Source: Tubiluchus corallicola
Taxonomy: Eukaryota; Animalia; Priapulida
NCBI GenBank assembly: GCA_030141605.1
Contig: JAQGDQ010000313.1
Span: forward strand, 1 to 64,000
Length of the DNA: 64,000 nt
Direction: 5' to 3'
The position numbers were made by a program, and so were the translations under genes. The notes beneath the pieces are model-generated. The model saw only the letters and a list, made by a program, of their open reading frames with translations. It had not been told where the DNA came from and did not search any database. Positions 12,358-24,746 of the stretch are shown piece after piece. Position 1 is the first letter of the stretch; each line of letters starts with the position of its first letter.

Positions 12358-13289
12358 TCTGTAAATTGTTCATTAAAAAATTTCTTTATCTTCTAAATTT
12401 ACTGAAAAACGGTGTTATTGTTGATTACAGTGGTCGTTGAATTGTATCAGCATCATCTTTCGGTTTGATGGCAAGTATCGTTATGCGATGACAGATATAA
12501 GGCTTTCTGTAATTTTACAATAACCAATACGCATGCGCAAATATAAGCGAACTAATACTGCTAAAGTGTACGTATAAATTTAAGTGTACGCTAATCATCT
12601 GCTGAATAGTGTTGAAGAGAAGTATTCTGAATATTAACAAAAGAATAGAAGAAAGAACAGGTAGAAATAGAAGGTACAAACAAAAGAAGGGAAGGAAAAA
12701 AGAAAAGGAAATAAAGATATAAACAGAGAAGTGCACACGTGCGCGCTGCTCTAGCAATAAGGAATAGCAAAAAGGAGTGGCAGAAAAACAAAGGCAATAA
12801 TAGTTGCAATGAAAATGGCAATAACAGTAGCAATACTGGCACCTGCAATGACAATTTTGGCAATGATAATGAAGTAACTCCAGTGGCAATGGTAGTAGGA
12901 AGGCAAGCAACTGCAAAGACTATGGTTGGAATTGCCTGACTAGCAACTACAATGCTAATGGCAATAGTTGTTTTTACCTACGCTGCACATTAAACACCTG
13001 TTGTAAATATTGTCATCATTGTCATCACCGCTGTAATCATTAAATTAATCATCACCATAATTAAATAATTAAAGTGCATATTTTTCTAATTAAATTGATC
13101 ATCACAGAGCGTGAAATACAAAAGACTAATACCTAATGCCCAAAGTGTCATTTTTGTAATGACCACAGAATCATCAAAATTTTTCCTTACAGATGCTCGA
13201 CAACATTCTAATGATTGGACAAATACCAAAAATTACATTTTTCTACTCACGGGAAATGGGTGTTGTCACTAACGTTAAGGAATGGTAGT

Positions 13290-14041
13290 AGATGACCGGT
13301 GACCATCTGAGTTATGCCTTTAAAACTTGACTTTATTACAATAAAGGTGACGATCAAGTCTTGGTGATACTTGGACATAGAAATATCATTGAAAAGACAA
13401 TAAAAATCATCGAGACTAATATTGTTAGAAAAAAGAACTGAGAATTTTATGAGCAGACAAAGATAAGGAATTTTTCGATTGTGTCGGTTAAGTCGGGCAA
13501 ATTACTAAGTAATATTTTTATCACGATGTTTTCACCATTACTCTCAAAACACCAGTAACGTGAATCCACAAATTCTATCTTCAGAGGCCTGTTGGGAAAC
13601 TAAACATAAACAACACATTAAGACCGACACCATAATCAGTAGAAAATTAATCAATGCGTTTTTTTTCTATAATGATGTACAAAGATTTCCATCGTAAAAT
13701 ATGTTGATAGTTGTGTATGGTTTAAAATTCAGATCCGACTAAATCAATCGCATGATCTGTTTTGACCAAAGAGCTTACGGTGCGATTACACTGATGCGGA
13801 TGCTCTGATGCTTAGATTTGCCAATATGAAGATTTCGTTGCGTTACATTATGTTTCAAGGTGTGAAGATTTCAGTTATCCAAACTAGTAGAATTTTGAAG
13901 AAATCTGGCGAGAAGGCGGCATAGTTCATGTACTCGCACAAATCTTTAGCGGTATTTTTCTAGTGGCACTACCAATTGTAAACATAAATAAATACAAATA
14001 CAGTGTACTACTGCTGCTACACCTAATCTGTTAATCTGTCA
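13290..14041 (+). repeat. Dispersed repeat, copy 2, with an extra internal segment of about 470 bp (13530-14004)
   Basis: Colinear with 6790-7075 up to cacgatgt (13529), then resumes at tactactgctgctac...taatctgtca (14005-14041). Confidence 0.8.
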
Positions 14042-14042
14042 C

Positions 14043-14493
14043 ACTATTATAAAGATTACGAAGAATGTGTGTATGTTTGTGTGTGTGCGTGTGCGTGCGT
14101 GCCTGCCTGCGTGCGTGCGTGCGTGTGTGTGGGTGGCTTGCATTTAAACCATTCCTGTGCAACGTACAACAAGATGGACGTCACTTAAAGCAATTTTTGA
14201 TTATGTCTACATCCGCCCCATTATTGGAAGGTTCCAAAATTATATTAGCAAGCAAAGCGATCAGAGAGCGTCTAGTACGTCTAAAGCATGTATGTTTGCT
14301 TGTTTGTTTATTTGTTTGTGTGTATGTGCGTCTGTCCGCGTTTGCGTGCGTACGTGCCTGTGAGTATTTGTTTTTTTGTATGTTTGTATAATTGCTCGCT
14401 TGTTCAACAAATGAGGATTTAAAGTGCAAAGCACGGCACAAGCAAGCAAGCAAACAAACAAACAAGCATTTTTGAGAATACAAATTTTATTAA
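14043..14493. repeat. Microsatellite-bearing inverted-repeat element ((GT)/(GTGC)/(GTTT)n versus (CAAA/CAAG)n), possibly Helitron/MITE-derived
   Basis: The left arm (ctattataaag...tgtttgtgtg...gcttgcatttaaacc) is mirrored by the right arm (ggatttaaagtgcaaagc...caaacaaac...ttttattaa). Confidence 0.5.
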
Positions 14494-14500
14494 CTCAGCA

Positions 14501-15334
14501 CGTCGTAAAACGGTATCATGGCATAAGTTATCGCGTTCTTTATTATCTTATTGCTGATTAAAAATGCTCACCTTGCTTCAAATTAGTGCCATGAAGATGG
14601 ACGACGAAGATGGATGAAGAAGATAGACGACGATGTCTGTCTTTTCCAACAATCATTATAAAACTTGTTATCATTCCGCCAGAAGGGCTTTGGTAATCAT
14701 CTTCTACTTACTTTTGTAGTCAGGAATCGAACCTAACCCCGGGCCTGATATTAATGATAATTATCAATATGATATATATATACATATGTAAAGAAAGGGC
14801 GGAAATTGTTAGATATTTGTTACTTTAAAGGAGGACAGCGTTGACGGTCCGAGGTTCTTAAATTACCCTTTCTTTAATGACCAAAGCCGAAAAAGTGTGA
14901 ATAAATGAGAAACATATTTATAGGCTGAATACTGTAGTTACTTGTGTTTTAGATTGCTAAAAAAGGAGAAACAGTTAATTGAAATGTTAACACATATATA
15001 TTTTGCAATGTTTACAAACACAAACAACATTAATAACAGTGTAACAAACAAACAATATTGATTAACACGACTATAAGCATTGATCAAAACTAATATATTA
15101 GAAAACCGTATAACGGGGGCAATGCACTGTGTGCTCTAAGACACAGTGTCTACACATTGCCAACGATTTAGTTTGGCAGAAGGCTTTTATAACATACAAT
15201 ATTCATAATATCTAAAAATATGCTCATGTACAAGTTTGAGATAACGTATCCCATACAAGGTCAAAACTACTTATGAATGCTGCTTCGATGTATTTAAAAT
15301 CGCGACTGTTTTCCACTTGCAACAGTCGGCGACA
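14501..15334 (-). mobile_element. Putative 3' LTR of the BEL/Pao element
   Basis: On the minus strand it starts cccccgag|TGTCGCCG downstream of pol and ends AATAAA...ttttacgac(g), resembling BEL-type TGTCG...CGACA termini with one mismatch. Confidence 0.45.
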
Positions 15335-17450
15335 CTCGGGGGAAATACAGGCAAACAAACAAGCTACAATCAAATAGTGCCTAAATACATCGAAGTGCTA
15401 AATTAGTGGATTATGCATCAAGTATCAATATCACTTTAAGCGTGAGAAAATGTGCGATGTGCGAAACTATAACATCAAAACAATGATAAAAGTTGAACAT
15501 GTGTCAAAAAATGTACAATACATTGGTGACAATATTTTACACCAAAGTTTCAATTGTTTAATCAAAGTTCAAATTATTTTATCAAACATTCATTACACTA
15601 TCAATCATTAATTAAACAAAATTGTAGTTAAACAAAATGACTAAGTCTAACAATCAAATCAGTCATATTAATCAAAGCAAGACATTAGCAAAAATACATT
15701 TCAGCAAAAAAGCAAATTTATGTATTTAAATACACTCACTATCAAAATCAATAGGGGGTACAGCATATACCCTGTGGCAGGGCTGGCATGACTCAGGTCT
15801 TGATGAAAGAGATCCATGACCTTTGTACACAGCAGCGACAAGGATCCAGATTAGAAGAGGTTTACGTTCGATGCTCTTCCTATACTCGTAAACTTCCTTT
15901 TATGGATCATCTTCTTCATCTTTGGCTTCAATGTATCTTGAGCAGCAATTCGCTTGATAAGCTGAATAGCTTTGACGGCAGCTTTTCTTCTTGGACGCGA
16001 CTGTGCTGAAAAAGATGATGCGTGATCAGTGAAGCTGTTTCTATCGTTATATGATGAAGTTTGAGATGAAGATATAACATCACAATAATTAGCTTCGACA
16101 ACGTTGCAAAGAGGGAGGAGATCTCAAGCGGGTAGAGAAATTTAAGAGAACGGTGAATTGTTTGGCCGTTACCGAGTTCTACATTTGCTGACCTAATTAA
16201 ACCATCAGATGACTGTTTTAGTTGCATTATGCGGCCTAAACACCATTGGGATCGAGGCAAGGTATTTTCTACAATGACGACTTCGTTAAGCCGAGGAGTA
16301 CGAGGAACTGTCACTTTTTTTCTGGTACAGATCTCTAGTGTGGCGCTCCCGTAAATCAGCCAAGTACTCTTTCCTGTATATTTCCTGAAATCGTGAGAGG
16401 ATAGTTTGTCTTTTCTTCCAGAATTGAAGGAGTTTTTCTGCTGATGCCTTCTTTCCTCTGGTGTACTCGTCAGCGCTGTAGTCAAGTTTTGGTAATGATG
16501 GCAGCACCTGTAGATTTATAAAATGCGTAGCGTTAATGGAAATAATGAATTTACATCCGAATCAACGTGAGTTAGCGGACGATAGTTGAGCATTGCTACA
16601 ACTTCGATGATGATAGTATTTAATTGCACGGGGAAAAGGGTGTGTCTAGCAATTGATTTACGTAGTGCACGTTTCACGTGGCTTACTCCACGTTCAAATG
16701 CACCACCCTCCCACGGCGAGAACTGGGTGATAGATTTCCAGGTTACACCTTTTTGCCCAATGTATTTAAAAACGTTTGAAATCGCTTCTTGTACAAGTTT
16801 GAATGATGGAAAGTTGTCCAATATTATTGTATGAGGTATGCCGCGCCGCACAAAAAAGCGACGTAAACACATTAGAAAATGTTTCGCATCGAGTCTCCAT
16901 TCTAACTCCGGGTGAACAGCTCGTGTTATTAAACACGTAAATAAACAAATCCTATGTTTAACTAGAGAAGAAGTATCGCACTTTTTGACCATTATGGGTC
17001 CTAAATAGTCTAAGCCAATATATAGAAAAAGCTTCGTTGGTTTTAATACAAACTCTGGAAGCTGCATTAAATGAGGGACATTAAAATGACTGCCCTCATA
17101 CTCTTCCATACAAGACATTTATTTATTACTTGGCGGGTCAAACAGCGTCCCGCTGGAATCCAATATTCCTCTCTTAAAGTAGTTAATGCCTGTGCAGTAC
17201 CTGTATGAAAATTTCTTGCATGAACGTCATTAGTCAACATGGAGGTAAACCTGTGTTCCTTAGGAAGTAAAATAGTTGCCTACCGCTGTAGGTGTTCAAA
17301 TTACTTAGCCTTCCATGTGCTTGAATAATTCCATCATTACCACTAGTGGCTGCTAAGTTGCGTCGCTTCGCCAACTCGGCGGGTGTATAACATTCTCGTT
17401 GAACTTGTTTTATCCCGAGCGTAGTAGCATGTTTCAAGTCGCTGGCTGTG
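15335..17450 (-). mobile_element. BEL/Pao LTR retrotransposon, integrase region (degenerate)
   Basis: IGLDYLGPI, LFTCLITRAVH.EL, LRRFFVRRGIP..IILDN, PWEGGAFERGV..VK, LNYRPLT, FW..F..EYL..LRERH and LPRSQWCLGRI..L..SSDGLIRSA.V...RSL..LYPLE are BEL/Pao integrase and C-terminal signatures. Frameshifted. Confidence 0.95.
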
Positions 17451-17471
17451 ATATATATATATATATATATA

Positions 17472-17528
<57 letters not shown>

Positions 17529-18905
17529 ACATTTTATTTAGACAATATTCAACATAAAAAATATTACGCATACAAAGTGACAATTTGTCAAAGAGACTGC
17601 AACAAAAAACCTATAAGGTTGCAGACGTGGCAGCCACCGAAAACACAGAATATTCTACAACAGTTACAAGAGTGATATAAGAGTTATCATTACGAGAGTT
17701 ATCATGCTAAGTTACATTAATGTAGTTGGCATACATAACAATCGGGTAGATTACATGAGTCACTATAAGAAGAGAGATAATGCTCTTTTAATTCTTTAAC
17801 AATGCAACTTAAGCCATAATTCTTACTGTTAAACAACTTAAATTTAATATCACTGGGGAATTTATTAATCATATTAGTGTATGTGAGAGACTGCTCAGCA
17901 TATTTGGGTGTTTTACAATAATGCACTTGTAACTGTTGTCTTGTAAGATAAGAGTGGACATTGAAGTTATAAACCAGTGGCAAATTTTTATGATACATTG
18001 GTAAAAACTCATTTACGTATTTATAATAATATTTCGCAATAGCTGTCAGAGTAAACATCTTTAATCTTTAGAATTTTTAATATTTTAAATATGGGATCTG
18101 TATTTGTAGCATTGTATTTAGCACAAATCATTATTCTTACAACTTTTTTGAGCGATTTTTCTATTCTATTACACTTGGATCCCCACAAGAGTATTCCACA
18201 ATTAATACGACAGCTAACAAGACAAGCATATATTTTCATTTTGATTGAAAGAGGTAAGAAATGATTTAGTCTATTAATTATTCCAAGAGCATTACAAATC
18301 TTTTTATTTAAGACATCTGTATGAGCAGACCAAGACAAATGTTCATCGATGACTATCCCCAGAAATTTATACGGTGTAACACGTTCAATGTAAATATCAC
18401 AAACTTTAAGATCTAAGGCTGGTATCCTTTTGCTTACTTAAGAAAAATCATATATTTTGTTTTAGTTATGTTTAAAGAAAGTTTCTTTTCCAATAACCAT
18501 TTGTTAACTTTTTGCAATTCTTTGTTTATCAAGACATTTAACTGTTCATCGTCACAGTTAACATTTGGATTATGTACGACTGAAGTTGTAAGAAGTGATG
18601 TATCATCTGCATATAATACATATTTAAAGTATTCTGAAGCACGTGTTATGTCATTTAAATAAATAATAAACAAAAGCGGACCTAAAATGTTTCCTTGCGG
18701 GACACCTATATTTATTGGGAGAACATTTTATGAACATTTATCATACACAACACATTGCTTACGATTTCTTAAGTAACTTTCTAAAAATAATATTGCATGC
18801 TCGTTTAAACCACAAATTTTCAATTTATAAAGAAGAACATCATGATCTCATGTGTCAAAGGCTTTAGTTAAATCGAGAAGTATCCCAACCGGGGCATTGC
18901 CAAGA
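17472..18905 (-). mobile_element. 5'-truncated CR1/L2-type LINE nested in the BEL element
   Basis: [69 protein letters not shown] and GILLWG. The 3' end is AATAAA followed by a (CTA)n tail, seen as (TAG)n at 17472-17527. Confidence 0.95.
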
Positions 18906-19154
18906 TTATATATTTACCCAGGTCCATTTTAAATTGTATGTATATATTGTATATAGTCTATATTATAATTAAGTGTAACATTGTAATATATATTTTGTTT
19001 TAAATTTTTGGCACAGTAGTTTTTAGTTTGCACTGGACGCATTTGCCTTTAACAGTTGTGTGAATTTTTATTTTCATGCTGTGATGTCCTTTTATGCTTT
19101 TATGCTTATGAATATCGATTTTTATGGCAAATAAAGATTATTATATATATATAT
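18906..19154 (+). mobile_element. Probable 3' UTR/tail of a second LINE in the opposite orientation
   Basis: T-rich tract ending in AATAAA (19130) + gattatta(ta)n, typical of CR1/L2 3' ends. No coding homology is visible. Confidence 0.5.
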
Positions 19155-19159
19155 GTATG

Positions 19160-19725
19160 TATGTATGAAAAAGTGAATTGGTTAAATGTTCTTATCTCTG
19201 AAATGCGGTTTTGCACAAACGTAGATAACAGTTTGCACGATTGTAGCCAGTGAAGTACGCACTGGCTATCAGTAAACAAGGCACGATGAATTTTACTTAA
19301 CTTAAGTTCGGTGCGCACAAAATTGGTTGCCCTTGCTCCAATCAGCACACCAACAATTCTAAGCGTGATATTGTCGTTTTCTTAGGTGCAAGCCTGGTCT
19401 TGGCAAAGAGAAAGTCCACCTTGGTAGGACCATCTTGGAGTTCCTGTCGTAAATAGATAATGCAAGCATATGCAAGTGACGAAGCGTCAGTAAAGCATAT
19501 TAATTCGAGCTTCATAATTAGTGCAGGATCCTTGATTATGCAACGTCGGAAAACAATGTCAAAGCAGGTAAACAGTTTATCAGCGATGGAAAGCCATCGC
19601 TAAATTATTGTGTCATTAAGTTTTTCATCCCATGTGACGTGTTGTTCCATAATTCACACAAAAATAATTTTGCTTCTAACAGTAGTGGTGCAGTAACTCC
19701 TACTGGGTCAAATACCGCACTTTAA
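19160..19725 (-). mobile_element. BEL/Pao pol, RT-connection/RNase H region (degenerate, 5'-truncated)
   Basis: VFDPVGVTAPLLLEAKLFL.ELW, WDEKL, LICFTDASSLAYACIIYLR, LFAKTRLAP, LFTDSQCVLHWL and FVQNRISEI. Confidence 0.92.
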
Positions 19726-21581
19726 TTTCTAAGCACCTATCGTTTAGTTGTAGCTGGATCCTAAAATTGAAAATAAAAATGCAACACGGTGAAAACGTAT
19801 ACTGCCTAAGGTAAAGCAGATTTAATTTCATATGATCCTGAGCAGTAAACATGCTTAAAGTGTTAATGAGATAGCTTTTAATCAATTACTCTCTTCTTAC
19901 AGCTAAAACGTCAGTCTCACGTATCCATGGATACCTGCTAATTTCACTTAGCGTCTGTCATATGTTATCTGAGCAGCACTTCGCCGAAAGGGCTGTCATC
20001 AAGAACCAACTTCTTCCGTTTGGGTAATTAGATACTAAATATAATAACTAAGGATAAGTAAGGAGCACACATGATAGCAAAGTAAAAACTGATTTTATAA
20101 CAAGGCTTTTCGCTTGAAGTATTAGTCAAGCGAGTGCCTTTGTAGGTGAGATTTATTAGTTGCTTGGCAAGTTTAATGACACTGTATTCGAGTTGATATT
20201 TTCCAACAAAGAAGGGAAGCTGTGGAGGAAGCTTTATTAACTCTTCTTCGTTTTTGTTGACCAGTATAATTATTAAGAACATACTTTATCTTTCAGTAAT
20301 ACTTTTGGGTACCATAAGAGTACACTAAGAGTATAAAAATACACTACTGTGGCAGTAGCAGCTGAGAATCGCATACTGGTTAACGAATTTTGCAGGAAGC
20401 AGTAATGCATGAAGCTGAATGTCACACAATAAACAAACAAGTAAATAAAAACAAACAAAAGCAGAAAAACGAACAAACAGATATAGCGGAAATGTACATG
20501 ATACATGAATCGACGCATGTATGAATGAACTAATTAACCTGTTGGCCTACGAATGAAATGACGAAATACCTGAGAGTACAAGTAATGTACATCCAATGAG
20601 CTTCGCACAGGAAACCAAAATAAACACATTAAGACAGTATAAACGACTATGTTATTTTCGAAATGGTCTAGAAGAATGATAGACCAGAAACGATGTCGTT
20701 AAATGCATAATGTGCATTAATCAATTATTAATTTTATCATTTACATGGTAGAGCGATTATAGAGTATCACTTTGTAAATGCCACCTCATTATGACATCAA
20801 TGTCTTAGCGTTTTTAATTCGTTTACTTAAAGAGTAAAAAAGGGAATTTTAAAATGTGTCTCAAAAAACTCTCCATATAAAGTTATATTACTTAGCATTA
20901 CGCCTAGCTGTTTGAAAGACTTATGTAACTGGAAAACAAAATTTTTAATAATTTAAAATATTCGCGCCACCTGGTAAAACAGCGCTGCATCGCCATCTCA
21001 GTGTACACCACTTGTTCACCAAGAAACGTATTTTTAATCTTATTGACAATATAAAGCGTAATTTGAACTTTTGCTTAAGTGAAGTAGTTAGTGAAATATG
21101 TGCTGTCGCTGGAGTCAGAATTTACTAGTTGTGACCAGCGTTACTGTTAACGCAAGTTCTGTATCAATAAGGCAGCATGTAGGTCATGTAAAGTTTCAAG
21201 ACGAATTATTTATGGTTGAATTAATATTATTTATTTAAGCCTTATTTATGAAGAATTTTTTGTTGTGCTTTAAGACATTTGATTTATTTCCACGATGAGA
21301 AAACTGGAACATGAAACAAACTATATATCACGAGACATGATTATAGAACAACATTATTTTAAAGCTTAACATTTACCAGTAAAGTTGACCGGGCAAGCTA
21401 TTTTGTATAATCATTCAAAATTTTAGTTAATATAAGTAACTCAAACCAATTAGTGTCTAACATAAAGTATACACAAGAAATTACTGAGATTTCTCTTGTC
21501 TTGTATAGCAGTCTCAGGTATCAGTAATTAGCGCAATAACCTAAAAATGAATGAAACGTTGTTGCTTTAAGTTGTTGTAAA

Positions 21582-22109
21582 AGGAAACCCGGACAATTGT
21601 TTAGACTCAATCTCATTTTAGTTTAGTGTCCAAAATATACATTTTCTTGCCTATAAAAGTTAGCAATTCTTTCTTGTATTTGAACAGTTAGCTTAGAAAT
21701 TTAATTAACGGCAATCGAACACAGCTATTCCTCACGTCAGAAACTAACCACAGTTAGGCATCTTCCCTTGCGCGTCAAGCACGTTTGCATAAGTGTTACT
21801 GCTTGAACGCGTGATGTCACGAAAATGGCTCTACGTCATATGACGTCAGAAACTAACACTGCAGTCCGTGATCATGTTATCACGTACCACCTTCTATTTG
21901 TCGGCCACGCGCATGTGACAAAAAGACGCCGTTGCCAGTCTTAGTAGATTCACTGAGCCGCGCGAAACTTTGAAAGTTTAACGAAATTTGAGTATCCGAG
22001 GTAACTATTATTTAATCTAAGCTTGGATTTAAAAAAGCTATTGTAGTTTTCAATATTTTAGAGCATGCTTTATTCTGAACTAATGTTTACACAATCATCC
22101 GGTTTTCCT
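21582..22109. mobile_element. MITE with AGG...CCT termini and TTAA-like flanks (Kolobok-like)
   Basis: Left taaa|aggaaacccggacaattgt and right acaatcatccggttttcct|ttaa form imperfect TIRs of about 20-28 bp. Internal direct repeat acgtcagaaactaac at about 21733 and about 21843. Confidence 0.6.
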
Positions 22110-23313
22110 TTAAGTGTACCTAAAGGTAAAACTTATTTAAAAATAAACAAGAAAGAGCTTATTGCAAAGATCTGTTAATACTTTATTAGCTATTGAACTG
22201 TAATTAGGTACTTGGCTACATATATATACCTACATGCGCGCACGTGTATGAATACATCAGTGCTTGAACGCGTGGGGGACTTGAGTAATAGGCATGCGTG
22301 TGTGCTAGCAGCATTCCTCATGGGTAAAAAGCTCATATTAGCCAAAGAGAGACTTTTTCCCTTAAGCACTTGGCACCTTCACGCCACGAGTAAACAGTCT
22401 TTAAACTGTTATGTCTTGGAAACCCAGAAAATCAGTTATTATTAGCTTATCTATCTATTATTAAGAAGCCAGGTTTGTCAATGAAACCGCTTCCTACGGA
22501 AATGCAGACATCCTGTCATCCTTGCCCTTGCAGATTGTTTGCCTATTTAGCCTACTGTGCACTAGTTTCAATGGCTTAGTACTTACTTGCCTGGGAACAT
22601 GCAAGAAAGGACTCTAGCAAAATATTTCTATTTAATTTCCTGTTCCGTCATTCTTTTGTTGGTTTTGGACACGTCAGCTTAACATAAGCGCACGATACCG
22701 AATTCCACTTGCAATATCTATATGTCTATATACATATAATTGTGATTTACAGAATGTGGTTATTTTTATTTCGCTAATTTTTCGGCCATTGGGTTTGGAA
22801 GTATGAAGTGTCACCAAACAAATGCCACTTTCGGCTTTTTTTGCACTAAGTATAGTGAGTATAATTTGAAGCTCAGTGGAGAGTGTCGTAGATATACTCT
22901 AGCTAATTTTGTTTTACGAAAGACCAGGATCTTGCACAGAGTCTGCTTTTCGACCACCACAATTTCACGAAATTTACGTAATAACTGATTTTGAAAAGAA
23001 ATTTGTCTTGGAAATATTGGACAAAAAATGTACTGAACAGCCCCACACTTACTGAGGGAAACGGTAACAGTAACGGTATGATGGTGGGCATTCCAGTTTG
23101 ATAATCTGCCTTCCATAAAGCGCTAGCCTCTAAAGTTTGTTGTTGCAATCCGTTATTTTTTTGCATAAACGAAATTTACTGCGCTTTATTAATTGATCTA
23201 TTGGGGTCTGTCATGTTGAAGTGAAAGTTTCTACAATTCCGACAACACAAAATCAGTAAAGAGACAACCGAGGTGGCGCAGCTATTGTCATTGCCGATAG
23301 TGGTTATAAGTGC

Positions 23314-23398
23314 CTTTTCGCCAACACAATGCTACTGCTTTCCTGAATCCGTAACTTTTTCGCCAACACAATGCTACTGCTTTCCTGAATCCGTAACT
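23314..23398. repeat. Two-copy tandem duplication, 42-bp period
   Basis: ttttcgccaacacaatgctactgctttcctgaatccgtaact occurs twice in tandem. Confidence 0.95.
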
Positions 23399-24569
23399 CG
23401 CCCACGTATTAGGGAGCATAGGTTAGTCTATTTGTCAACCTCTATGAAGATATTAATGTAATCCGCGTATATGCACTCTTATTATAAGATTTGTTGATCA
23501 AAGGTGATTTAATCTAAGATAAACGAATAAGATAGCTAATCTTGTTACAATGCTACGTGACTCTAACCACATGTTAGCCGAATGCTATTTTCGCCTACAA
23601 GGGTAAGGCTGAAATCAAAACAAGATATAAAGCGTGGGCTATGGCGAAGTAAATGAAAACTGCAAAAATTTAATATTACGCTTGAAGATGCGCCTCAAAT
23701 GAAATGATTTGCCTAAAACAATAAATTTCGCTTGATGAGATTATTTAAGCCGGAATATAACAGGACTTGTATGAATTACTGCATATAATTGAATGGTTGT
23801 TGTGAGGCTGAAATCAACTGAGATGAAAGAGAACCGGGAGCTGTGTTTTAGCCATGCCCACGTTAAAGGAAACCAGGCCCAATCTTAAACCGTATAGATC
23901 AAAACAATTTAATCTGTAAAATATCGAAAAGGAGCATATTGTTTTTTTAAGAATGACTTACATGAAAGAATTTTTACGGCAGAAACCTAATATCGCGTTC
24001 GCACTATTTTTAAAAAGTTAAATTTTTAAATTTAAAATTTGCAGTGTTTTTTGTACCACATTGAATATTGTGCAGTAGCATTTGTGCTGTTAAAAAATTA
24101 TGCTCAGTTATGACGTCAGCACTAACTGGGCTCACAAGCCCTTAATAAAGTTTTTAATGATTTATTATCAGAAACACTTTGGCATTACTATAGGTGTTAA
24201 AATGTACCCTTTTACTTTACTTCAAACTATGGTAGGAGATGAAAAATGATCATTTCCTTTTAAAATATATGAACATCCCCGAGCGAGAAAAATAATGAGG
24301 TTGCAATATTTCAAACATCTAAAGCATCTTCCTGCTGCTCACGGATCGATCCACTCTCAAGGTTAGGCGTTGTTAAAGACATTAAAGCTTAGCTGGTATA
24401 CAGCATTATAATAATAATAGTAACACGTTTTCTTTGTTCAAGCATAACAACCTAAATCGTAAATTCAAAATTATGTATTACAAAAATGAATGTTTAAAAG
24501 TTACAAAATCAAACGAAAATAGTAATGCAATAATAAACAGACACAAAAATAATCACAAAGCTAATATTA

Positions 24570-24746
24570 AACGGCTAACCGTCTGAAAAACTTCTAATTT
24601 ATAGTCATTTCTAATTTAAATGTGTGCATTAAATGGGTCCGGTTATCTCCAGGAGTTAATTTCGTGGTATATCTCACAAATCAGTTTGCGCTCAGCAAAT
24701 TCATTGAGCTTGGTCCAATCTGGAACAAAACTAGTCACTTGTGGAG
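24570..24746 (+). mobile_element. L2-type LINE 3' fragment, part 1
   Basis: CALNG.GYLQELISWY....SLRSAN.LSLV....KLVTCGE resembles the L2 ORF2 C-terminal consensus (KALNGLAPxYLxxL...RxLRS...GxRAF). Confidence 0.7.

Noticed and set aside
12515-12939. Overlapping ORFs upstream of the GPCR
   Set aside because: Low-complexity purine-rich and (GCAAT)-like sequence with no domain signature.
14065-14483. Cys/Val-rich ORFs
   Set aside because: Translations of GT/GTGC/GTTT microsatellites.
22803-23166. Overlapping 60-100 aa ORFs
   Set aside because: No recognisable motifs or splice context; probably repeat-derived.
23314-23398. CRISPR-like repeat
   Set aside because: Two adjacent copies with no spacer, in a eukaryotic context with no cas genes; a simple tandem duplication.
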